DNA from: Candidatus Binatia bacterium
Lineage (GTDB): Bacteria; Desulfobacterota; Binatia; Bin18
Length of the DNA stretch: 64,000 nt
NCBI GenBank assembly: GCA_963666315.2
Contig: CAXXHG010000041.1
Location: forward strand, 1 to 64,000
Direction of reading: 5' to 3'
Below are positions 10,630 through 19,647 of the stretch, in pieces. The position numbers were made by a program, and so were the translations under genes. The first letter of the stretch is position 1, and each line of letters opens with the position of its first letter. Under the pieces are notes generated by a model, which worked only from the letters and a program-made list of their open reading frames with translations, did not search any database and was not told the DNA's origin.

Positions 10630-11685
10630 TTAGCCAGCGCCTACATGCGCCGGACGTCGAGAGGGGCGGGCGTCCTCCTCACGAAACAGGAACGAGAGTA
10701 GGACAAAGCGCTGCCCCCTCGTGACCGCAAGGGCTTCATGTAAGAGCGCGCCAGAGAACACAATGGCGCCCCCGGCGTCGGGGCGGTAGAGATGGGGGCC
10801 GTATTCGGGAAACCGTAGATGTCCGCCTTCATATCCTGCATTGAGATTCAACGTGAGCGCAAAGCGGCGATGGGCCGTCGCAGGACTTAAATTGTCGCGA
10901 TGAGCGCGAAAAAATCCCCCCATTGCCGCGTCGTAGCAAGCAATCTTGAATCCTTCAAATCGCGTCGCTTTAAACGAGAATGCCTTGTGCAGCTCCGGCA
11001 TCAGGCGACGGCCCACTTGAGCGGTGAGCGTGCGCAGCAGCTCGGCATCCGTCACAATATGATCGCGCCGTCGCTTGGCGCCGGGCATGAGGGTATCCTC
11101 ACGCTGCCCTGCGCGGGAGTGCTCCACCCCCGTCTCCACGTTGCCTTGGGTTCTCCACACTTCGATCAAACGCTCGCAAAAATCCCTTTCTAGTAGTTCC
11201 GGAACCAAGAGTACCGGCGCCTGCATCACTACCCCGACGGGCTCGCACTGCGGGATCGCCTCCAAGGTTGCGCGGATCTTCTGCAGCGCAGCCTCTCGCT
11301 CTGATACGTGATGCACATCGAGCACCCGCAGGTTGGGGCCCAGGACAAAAATTGTCATCGTCTCGCGAGGATCTGCCCCATACAACGCACGCACCGACCC
11401 TGCTGTGTCTGAAAAAATAGGAAAGGAAATCCCGCGCTTGACCGCATTCTGCTCGTTTACGGAAGGCGCGTCCTGGTTTACTGCGAAAATCGCTATCGCA
11501 TCCGGTCCACCTTTCGTGAGTGCGTCCCAGAACCATACAAGCGTGTCTAATGACTCCGTGCTCCCCTGCCTGGTATAGAAGCAAAGAACTGTAGGCCTGC
11601 CACCTGCCCACCCATAGAAGCGCGTCGGTGTTCCCTCCTGCCGCGGCAAGACGAAATCAGGTGCCCAGTCTCCTCGAACCAGCAA
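10630..11685 (-). CDS. redoxin-like domain fused to a 2OG-Fe(II) oxygenase
   Basis: N-terminal GDWAPDFVLP; C-terminal HRD...LLHEA...R metal triad; start uncertain because of an upstream G run. Confidence 0.8.
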   Translation of the reverse strand: MLVRGDWAPDFVLPRQEGTPTRFYGWAGGRPTVLCFYTRQGSTESLDTLVWFWDALTKGGPDAIAIFAVNQDAPSVNEQNAVKRGISFPIFSDTAGSVRALYGADPRETMTIFVLGPNLRVLDVHHVSEREAALQKIRATLEAIPQCEPVGVVMQAPVLLVPELLERDFCERLIEVWRTQGNVETGVEHSRAGQREDTLMPGAKRRRDHIVTDAELLRTLTAQVGRRLMPELHKAFSFKATRFEGFKIACYDAAMGGFFRAHRDNLSPATAHRRFALTLNLNAGYEGGHLRFPEYGPHLYRPDAGGAIVFSGALLHEALAVTRGQRFVLLSFLFREEDARPSRRPAHVGAG

Positions 11686-11774
11686 TTGTTCCCCCCCCCC
11701 TGCCTTCCGTTGGTTTATTAATGGACGTGGAAAAAGAAATAGGTATCAGTTCTCTTGGAGGATGAAGTAGTGTT

Positions 11775-14700
11775 TCAGGTTAATTGTTCTAGCAACACTT
11801 TGGCATCTTTCAAATCCGCTGTATCAAAGCCTTCGGTGAACCAGTTGTAGATTGGGGCGAGAAGGTCACGGGCTTCAACAACTTTCCCCTGCTGCTGCCA
11901 CAGCCGGGCGAGGCTCGTGGCGGCGCGGAGTTCCCAGGATTTGGCTTCTTGCTTCTGAGCAATCGCAATGGTCTTCTGAAAATACACCTCCACCTCTTCA
12001 GCGTTGAACTTTGAACCTTGAACCTTGAACTTTTGTAATATCAGCTCCCCCTTGACCCGATACAGCTCCGCCTCAACGGATCGCTCTGCGGTGCGCCCCA
12101 CGAAAGCCAACGCTTTGGCCACCGTCCTGAGCCCTTCCTCAACCTGCGCGTCTTGCCCGTACGCCTCGGCCAATAAGGCAAGAAACTGCGACCGCTCCAC
12201 CTCCGCCCCCGTGGCCTGCAAGGCAGCCAGTCCCTCGCGTATCTGGCTGAGGCCTTCCGCTCCGTGTCCCTGCTCGGTCGAAAGGGCAATCAGGGCCTCG
12301 GCCCGGTCCTGGACGGCCTGCCCCTCCCGGCGCGACTGACGAAGCCAGGCAGTGTAGATCAGAGCAAAAGCCACACTAAAGGGGTGAGACAGTTCGTGGG
12401 CCAGGGTCAACGCCTCACGGCTGCTCTTCAGCGCCTGCTCCGGAAAGCCAAGAAGCCACAGGACCCTGCTGGTGATGGAGAGACAGATGACCCCAGGGTC
12501 ATAAGACCCATAGCTGAATGCCAACGCGTGGTGCTGCGGGGAATCGTACAGGGCACTCCGCGCTCCAGGTGGGTATGGGCCGGGGCCGGATGTCCGAGAG
12601 CGTACAAAGTGGCCCCCATCGCCAAATGAGCCTCTAGCAGCAGAGCGGAGTCCTCCTGATTTTGGGCCAAGCGCAGCAGTTGCTCCCCCATCTCGTGCGC
12701 TGTCTTGTACTCCGCCCGTACAAAATAATACGCCCACAGCACCGGAAACACCTCAGGGGTGTCCCCCACTTGCTCACACAGCTCCTGTGCCCGGGTGTAC
12801 AAAGTCCCCACTTCCGGGGCACCAAAGCCCGTGGTGGCTATGAGCGGCACGCCCAAGGCCACGTGCAGCGTGAGTTCTTGCTGGCTGCGCTCTGGACTGT
12901 CCGGCAGGGTCTGCAGGACCTCAAGCGCCGTGGTGAAGTGCTCAATCGCTTCGTCATTGGCCGACCGCCGCGCCGCCTGATGGCCGGCCAGTCCGAGATA
13001 CTCCACGGCCTTCTCCGCGTTCCCACTGCGACTGTAGTGATGCGCGAGGTCAGTGTAGTGGTCGCGCAGATTCGTACGATACAGCCCTTCCGTCGCCTGG
13101 CCCGTCCGTCCGTGTAACAGTTTACGCTGCTCGTGGAGCACAGTGCCGTAGGCCACGTCCTGGGTCAGTGCATGCTTGAAGAGATATTCCGATTCGGGGA
13201 ATGCCGGCTGTTCATACAGCAACTCTTTGCTCTGGAGGGACGCTAGGACCCGATACAGCTCATCTTCCGACTGCGGAACAACTTGCTTGACCAGACTGAC
13301 AGGAAACTGACGACCGATGACCGAGAGCTGCTGGAGCAGGGCTTTCTCTTCTCCCGTGAGCCGGTCAATGCGGGCGGCGAGCACCCCCTGCACGGTGGGG
13401 GAAATATGGAGTTCGCTCGGGGTGGTCTCTAAGCGGTAGTGCCCCCGCGCGCCACTGAGTGCCCCTTCCTCAACCAGGGTCTGCACCACCTCTTCCATAA
13501 AGAAGGGGGTGCCTTCCGTTTTCTCCAGAATGAGCGGCTTCAGGGAGGAGAGGCTCGCGTCAGTCCCCAGCAGAAACGTCAATAGCTCTTCGGCCTCTTC
13601 TTTTCCCAACGGGGTAAGCCGGAGCTGCGTATAATACGTCTTCTGCCCCCACTCGTGTCGATACCCGGGTCGATAGTTCACCAGGAGGAGCACCTGTGTT
13701 GAAGCGATACTCTCGCCCAGGACATCCAGAAAGCCTTGGGTCTCGCTGTCGATCCAGTGCAGGTCCTCGAAGATGAGAAGGAGCAGTTGATTGAGGCTCT
13801 CGCGCAGCAATAGTTTCTTGAGCGCGTCAAACATCCGGCGTCGTCGTATCTGGGCGTCCATCTGTTGCAGGGATGAGCTGGGGTCTTCGATGCCAAGGAG
13901 TGAAAAGAGATACGGGAGTATGTCTTCCAGGCTGCGGTCGAGTTCGAGATTTGGCCAATGACTTTCTGCCGATGTGTCCGCTCGTCATCGGTTGGCTCAA
14001 TCTGAAAATACGTTTTCAGCAGTTCGATAATCGGCAGATACGGGGACGCCTTGCCGTGAGAAACCGAGAACGCTTCCAAGACTAAGCAACCACTCTGTGA
14101 CGTAAGCTTGAACTCATAGAACAGCCGTGACTTCCCCAGCCCCGGCTCCCCCATGACCCCCACAATCTGTCCATGCCCAGCTTTCGCTTGCGCCAACGCC
14201 TGCTGGATCTGCTCCATCTCGCTGTGACGGCCTACAAAGCGCGTGAGCCCTCGTCTGGCTGAGACTTGCAGTCGAGTGCGGAGCGGCCCAGCGCCGAGCA
14301 CTTCAACCACGTTGAGCGGCTCTTCCACCCCTTTGATGTCAGCCGCACCGAGCGCCTTCAGCTCGAAATACCCTTCCGTCAGTTTCTGGGTGTGTGCGCT
14401 AATCACAATAGAGCCCGGCGTGGCCATCTGCTCCATACGGGCGGCGAGGTTGGTCGAGTGGCCAACAGGAACATAGTCGGTATGCAGATCGTCTTTGCGA
14501 ATGGACCGCACCACGACTTCGCCCGTGTTGATGCCGACGCGCATATGCAGCGGCACTCCATGTTTCAGCCGGACTTGGTCGCCGTACCCCCGCATCTCTT
14601 CTTGCATCCGTAGCGCGGAATACAGTGTCCGCTGGGGATGATCCTCATGCGCAATCGGCGCACCAAACAAGGCAAAGATGCCGTCGCCTAACGCCTCGGC

Positions 14701-15153
14701 CACATAGCCGTCATAGCGATGGACCGCATCCATCATCAGTTGGAGCGCCGGATCGATAATGGCTCTAGGGTCTTCGGGTCGAGGCCTTCGATGAGCGCAG
14801 TCGAGCCTTTGAGGTCGGCAAACAGAGCAGTGATGGTTTTGCGTTCACCGTCTGCCGCACCACGGGATTCCATGGCCTCTTGCTCGGCGCGAATGCGCTC
14901 GGCCAGGTGTGGGGGAGTGTAGCTCGAAGGGGGTTGACGGCTGGGAAGTAGAGGAGGCTGCGTCGTCGCCGGTCCAGACTAAGACCTTGCCGTTTTCGTC
15001 AGCTGCGACGCGCTCGGCTTCAATGAGTTCGTCCTTGAGGTCTTCCAACGCCTCGTCGTCAAGCGCAAACTGCCGCTTCAGGATACGGTACGTCACCCGC
15101 CCCTTTTGCCGCAACAACTCGCGGACCTGGTCTAAAACCTCAAGAATATCCAT
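11775..15153 (-). pseudogene. cyclase / STAND ATPase / TPR protein, copy 2, frameshifted
   Basis: ORF pieces contain GEPGLGKS, IFEDLHW and FTEGFDT; several frameshifts and an internal deletion. Confidence 0.85.
12004..12031. repeat. 4x heptamer TTGAACY tandem repeat inside the TPR loop
   Basis: ttgaact ttgaacc ttgaacc ttgaact. Confidence 0.75.
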
Positions 15154-15342
15154 CGTCTACACCTGCCGCGGAATTGTATAAGAGAGAGACCCTGGGGGAT
15201 AGACGCAACCACAGCCGGGCTGTCAGACGGAGTCGCATTCTCGAAACCGTCACGTTCTGTTAAACTGCGCCCGATGGTCCAATACCTGTCTCACGACATC
15301 GCATGCTGTTTCTCCTTGATGACTGTACATTACTCGTCATGT

Positions 15343-15430
15343 CGCTCGCCCTTCGACAAGCTCAGGGTGAGCGGAACAAGCCCTGCCAGTGGGGGGACCC
15401 GTTCGTACTGAGCCTGTCGAAACATGAACG
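15343..15430. repeat. inverted pair of REP-like elements (CTGAGCxxGTCGAA family)
   Basis: cccttcgacaagctcagggtgagcg ... ccgttcgtactgagcctgtcgaaacatgaacg; related copies at 18.8, 35.4 and 54.3 kb. Confidence 0.75.
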
Positions 15431-15483
15431 CGACTGGATAACGATCAAGCTGAAACCATAGGGTGAAGCCGGAGGAAGTAAGA

Positions 15484-16245
15484 ATGGCAGAGCCAAATGA
15501 ACCTGACACCCTGTGTGGCTGGGGCGAACAAAGCCGTGTGGACACCTTCGTTGAGAAGAGTGATTTTATTATTCCTAAGCGATATGAGCAGTTGCATACA
15601 CTCGTGGATCTGTTCCCGTGGGCAACGGATGATCCGATTCGGGTCCTGGATTTAGGCGCTGGTTATGGCGCTGTCACCGAAACTATTCTCAGCCGCTATC
15701 CGCACGCGACGGTCGTCTGGGTCGATGGGTCGTACGCCATGCTGGAACACGCCCAAGCGCGCTTAGCTCACTATGGTCACCAGGTCCAGCTGCTGGTGCG
15801 CGATCTCGCCGATCCCCTGTGGGCCGTGGACCTCTCGGATCCCTTCCATGCAGCCGTCTCGGCGATTGCCCTGCACCATCTAACCGATACCCGCAAGCGG
15901 CAACTGTGTCGCGAGGTCTTTGATCTGCTCCAGCCGGGTGGCCTGTTTCTCAATAATGATGTCATCGAAGGTGCGCCTGAAATGCGCCGGTATTTTATGC
16001 CAGTCGCGGACCGGGCGATTCAAGACCAGATTCAACAGCGGACTGGGGCCACTCGATCGCGAGAGGAGATACAGGCCGAAATTGAACGGATACGCACCGG
16101 CATGCAACGGCCTGAGGGCAAACGCAGCCACATCGCTCCACTCGAAACGCAGTTGGACTGGTGGCGGGAGGCCCGGTTCGGCATAGTGGATTGTTACTGG
16201 AGGTTTCTTAATTTTGCGATTTGGGGCGGGGTCAAGCCGGACTGA
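15484..16245 (+). CDS. class I SAM-dependent methyltransferase
   Basis: Motifs VLDLGAGYG, ALHHL and LQPGGLF. Confidence 0.88.
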   Translation: MAEPNEPDTLCGWGEQSRVDTFVEKSDFIIPKRYEQLHTLVDLFPWATDDPIRVLDLGAGYGAVTETILSRYPHATVVWVDGSYAMLEHAQARLAHYGHQVQLLVRDLADPLWAVDLSDPFHAAVSAIALHHLTDTRKRQLCREVFDLLQPGGLFLNNDVIEGAPEMRRYFMPVADRAIQDQIQQRTGATRSREEIQAEIERIRTGMQRPEGKRSHIAPLETQLDWWREARFGIVDCYWRFLNFAIWGGVKPD

Positions 16246-16287
16246 GGCAGTGCCACAGTAACAGATAGTTTCGTTTGAGTAAGGAGA

Positions 16288-17478
16288 ATGACGATGGCGA
16301 CGATGCCTTTGAGCAGCCAATTCAGTTTAACCCAAGATCAACAGGCTTTGCTGGAGCACGCTGATCGCTTTGCGCGCGAGCAGCTGTATCCCTTGGCCCA
16401 AAAAATGGATGACGAAGAATGGTGGCCGGAAGATATCTTCAAGCAAATGGGTGGGCTAGGGATGCTGGGGACGACTGTTGATCCCAAGTATGGGGGCGCG
16501 GGCATGGATTTGTTATCCTCCGGTTTGATCTGCCAGGCGTTTGGCCGCTGGAATCACGCCTTGGCTCTGAGTTGGGTGGCTCATGACAATTTGTGCACGA
16601 ATAATATCTATCGGAACGGCTCTGAATTGATCCGTAAAAAATACTTACCCAGACTCTGCTCGGGTGAATATATCGGCGCGCTGGGCCTGACTGAGCCCGG
16701 AGCGGGGTCGGATGCCTTGGGTTCCATGCGCACGACCGCAAAGCGCGCAGGGGATTATTACCTGCTCAATGGCGGCAAGCTTTTTATCACGAATGGGCCG
16801 GTTGCGGATGTGTTGCTGATCTATGCCAAGACCGATGTGAATGCCGGCTCCAAAGGTATTTCCGCCTTCGTGGTTGAGAAAGACTTTCCCGGCTTCCAGG
16901 TCGCCCAGAAGTTAGTGAAGATGGGTTTTCGGGGGAGTCAGACTGCAGAGCTGGTTTTCGAGGACTGTCCAGTCCCGGTGGAAAACCTGGTCGGTGAAGA
17001 AAACCAAGGTCACAAAGTGGTAATGAGTGGACTGGATCTTGAGCGGGCAATGATTGCACCGATCTCTCTCGGGATTAGTGAGCGCGCGCTGGACATCGCC
17101 GTTGAGTATGCAAAGACGCGCGAGCAATTCGGCAAGCCCATTGCCAGTTTCCAGATGATACAGTCCAAACTCGCCGATATGTACGTCTGGATTGAGACCA
17201 TGCGGACCTTTACGTATCAGGTGTTGGCTGAGTCTTCCCAGGTAGAGGCAGGGGAAGGCGGCCGGGGACGGATTCATATGCAAACCGCCGCATCCGTCAT
17301 GTACGCCGCCAATACCTCAAACCGTGTGCTGGACGAAATGGTCCAGATTCACGGCGGCAGTGGGTATATTTGGGAGTCAGAAGCCAACCGTCTTTTCCGC
17401 GCCATCAAGCTGCTCGAAATTGGCGCCGGGACCACCGAAGTCCGTAAAATTATTATCAGCGCAGGCTTGCTCAGCTAA
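16288..17478 (+). CDS. isovaleryl-CoA dehydrogenase-like acyl-CoA dehydrogenase
   Basis: Motifs LTEPGAGSD, FITNGPVAD and EIGAGTTEVR. Confidence 0.88.
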   Translation: MTMATMPLSSQFSLTQDQQALLEHADRFAREQLYPLAQKMDDEEWWPEDIFKQMGGLGMLGTTVDPKYGGAGMDLLSSGLICQAFGRWNHALALSWVAHDNLCTNNIYRNGSELIRKKYLPRLCSGEYIGALGLTEPGAGSDALGSMRTTAKRAGDYYLLNGGKLFITNGPVADVLLIYAKTDVNAGSKGISAFVVEKDFPGFQVAQKLVKMGFRGSQTAELVFEDCPVPVENLVGEENQGHKVVMSGLDLERAMIAPISLGISERALDIAVEYAKTREQFGKPIASFQMIQSKLADMYVWIETMRTFTYQVLAESSQVEAGEGGRGRIHMQTAASVMYAANTSNRVLDEMVQIHGGSGYIWESEANRLFRAIKLLEIGAGTTEVRKIIISAGLLS

Positions 17479-17503
17479 GAAATTGCGACAAAGGGAAAAC
17501 ACT

Positions 17504-18694
17504 ATGGCACAAGCTCCAACCGACATCGAGACCACTACGGCAGCCAGAATTGCCCGCTGGATCGAGCAAGAAGAACAGGCCAATGTAAAGGCGAAACGTG
17601 CTGGAGATATATTGCCGTCGGTGGATGCGGTCACGACGGACTGGCTGACCGACGTCGTGTGCCGGAACGCTCCTGGGGCCCAAGTCAGTGATTTCCGCAT
17701 CGAGGCTGTGAGTTCCGGTACGCATGCACGCCACCGGCTGCATGTGACCTATAATGAGGCGGGCGAAAACGCTCGTCTGCCGAAAACCCTGTTTACGAAG
17801 ACGCTGCCCACTGTCGAGACTCGTTTGTTTGTAGGCATTACCGGGCACGCAAGAACAGAGGGACGATTTTATACGCAACTGCGGCCGGAGCTCGATTTGG
17901 AGATCCCGCTTTGTTATCAGTCCACCGTTGATCGGGAATCACTTGCGGCCCTACATCTGCTCGAAGATGTCGTTGCGACGACAGGGGCCGTTTTCTGTGA
18001 CTACGAAACATACGTGACACGCGAGATGGCCGAAGACATGCTTGATCTTCTCGCCGTGCTGCACGGCCGTTTTTATAACGACCCAAGACTCCAAAATGAG
18101 TTCAAATGGGTAGTACCCTATGTCAACTGGTTTACCGGCGGCATCAAGAAGTTCAGGATAGACCACTATACCGATGAGGCACTCACCCAAGCGGCGGACG
18201 TGATTCCGGCTACATTGTTGAAACGGCGCGATCAGATTTGGCCGGCAACGGTGAAGGCATTACAGGTACATAAGGAGCTGCCCCTCACTTTCCTCCACTC
18301 GGACGTGCACATTGGCAACTGGTATCAGACAGCCGCGGGCCGCATGGGACTGTGCGACTGGCAATGCGCGGCCAAGGGCCACTGGTCACGAGATGTCGCC
18401 TATGTCATTTCGGCAGGACTGCAAATTGAAGATCGGCGGGCATGGGAGCAAGATCTGGTGCGGCGTTATCTTGATCGGTTGCAGCACGCGTGCGGGCAGC
18501 GATTCGATTTTGACGACAGCTGGAATCTCTACCGCCAACAGATATTTCACGCCCTCCTGATGTGGACGCCCACACTATGCCACTCCGAGCATCTGCCCAG
18601 TATGCAGCCGGAAGCAGCCTCGCTGGCTATGATCGAGCGGATGACAGCCGCGATCGATGATTTGGATTCGATAGGCAGTTGCAACGAAGTGTGA
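17504..18694 (+). CDS. APH / EcKinase-like phosphotransferase
   Basis: Kinase motifs HSDVHIGN and CDWQ. Confidence 0.85.
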   Translation: MAQAPTDIETTTAARIARWIEQEEQANVKAKRAGDILPSVDAVTTDWLTDVVCRNAPGAQVSDFRIEAVSSGTHARHRLHVTYNEAGENARLPKTLFTKTLPTVETRLFVGITGHARTEGRFYTQLRPELDLEIPLCYQSTVDRESLAALHLLEDVVATTGAVFCDYETYVTREMAEDMLDLLAVLHGRFYNDPRLQNEFKWVVPYVNWFTGGIKKFRIDHYTDEALTQAADVIPATLLKRRDQIWPATVKALQVHKELPLTFLHSDVHIGNWYQTAAGRMGLCDWQCAAKGHWSRDVAYVISAGLQIEDRRAWEQDLVRRYLDRLQHACGQRFDFDDSWNLYRQQIFHALLMWTPTLCHSEHLPSMQPEAASLAMIERMTAAIDDLDSIGSCNEV

Positions 18695-18711
18695 TCCGAA
18701 GGAAAGGAGAC

Positions 18712-18754
18712 GCACGCCCTGGAAGATTCGAACCTCCGCCCTACAGCTTCGGAG
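18712..18754 (-). tRNA. 3' half of tRNA-Arg(CCG), a fragment resembling an att site
   Basis: Minus strand CTCCGAA GCTGT AGGGC GGAGG TTCGAAT CTTCC AGGGCGTG gives the anticodon loop, T-arm and acceptor 3' strand; the 5' half is absent. Confidence 0.7.
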
Positions 18755-18823
18755 TGTAAGGGTACTTCTCCTATGGAGAACGGCTTATACGATCCCCATT
18801 TGATCGTTGCACATTCGGGTTCC

Positions 18824-18929
18824 TGCTTCGACAGAGCCTGTCCTGAGCTTGCCGAAGGGCTCAGCACGAACGGAGGTAGCCCACGGACTAAACCGACCCT
18901 GCTCACCCCGAGCCTGTCGAAGGGCGAGC
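18824..18929. repeat. REP-like cluster with a nested insertion
   Basis: ttcgacaga[gcctgtcctgagcttgccgaagg]gctcagcacgaacgg ... ccccgagcctgtcgaagggcgagc. Confidence 0.75.
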
Positions 18930-19009
18930 TGCAAAAACATTATTAATGGATAGGCATCAAATGGAAACGATATTATGTGACCGATACCTCGTGTCCCGTC
19001 TCTGGGAGT

Positions 19010-19570
19010 TCAGTCAGGCTTGCCCTGGTCTGGCAAGACGCAGAACCCCTGCGCTTCGACTAAGAACGCATGATTAAACTTACTCAGCAAATCCTCGATC
19101 ACGATCGTGGCATTTAATTCTACCAACGCGCGGTCAGAAAAGAGTGTTCTCAACTCGGTGAAGAATTCGTCTGAGACATCATCATCTGTGCGCACCATCT
19201 GCTCGGCAAATGCCAAGGCTGCTTTCTCGCGCTCCGTAAAGAGTGTACTGCCTTGATAGTTGTTCACCGCTTGTATTTTTTCGATCGCGGCCCCCGCTTT
19301 CATCCCCCCGGATGAATTGATGTCAATTCAAAAGGGACACCCATTGATGGAAGCGACACGCACCCGCACGAGGGAGCGCAGCTGCGCGTCGATCTCCTGC
19401 GCTTCTTCCAACGCCGCCGTTAATCCCCCCACGGCTTTCAAAAACGCGGGGAAGTGCACCATCAGCTTGGTCGGGTTGAGGACTGTGCCGAAGTTCTTCT
19501 CCATGGCGGCATACGCCCCCTGCAATTCTGGGCTGAGCTCGTCCTTTTCCAAATATCTGAGTCGCGGCAT
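19010..19570 (-). CDS. CMD/AhpD-family selenoprotein (CPFU), 186 aa, Sec at residue 81
   Basis: Track ORFs 19328-19570 and 19010-19303 are in frame across TGA 19330-19328: RVASINGCPF-U-IDINSSGGMKAG; SECIS-like hairpin follows. Confidence 0.88.
19299..19316 (-). promoter_or_regulatory. bacterial SECIS-like hairpin
   Basis: Starts 11 nt after the UGA: TTCATCC-GGGG-GGATGAA, a perfect 7-bp stem. Confidence 0.8.
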
Positions 19571-19647
19571 ACTGGCCTCCTTCTTTCTGACGCTCAGGGA
19601 GCGCCGCTCTTGATGGTATCAACCATCTATTCGTTGGCGTGTACGGC

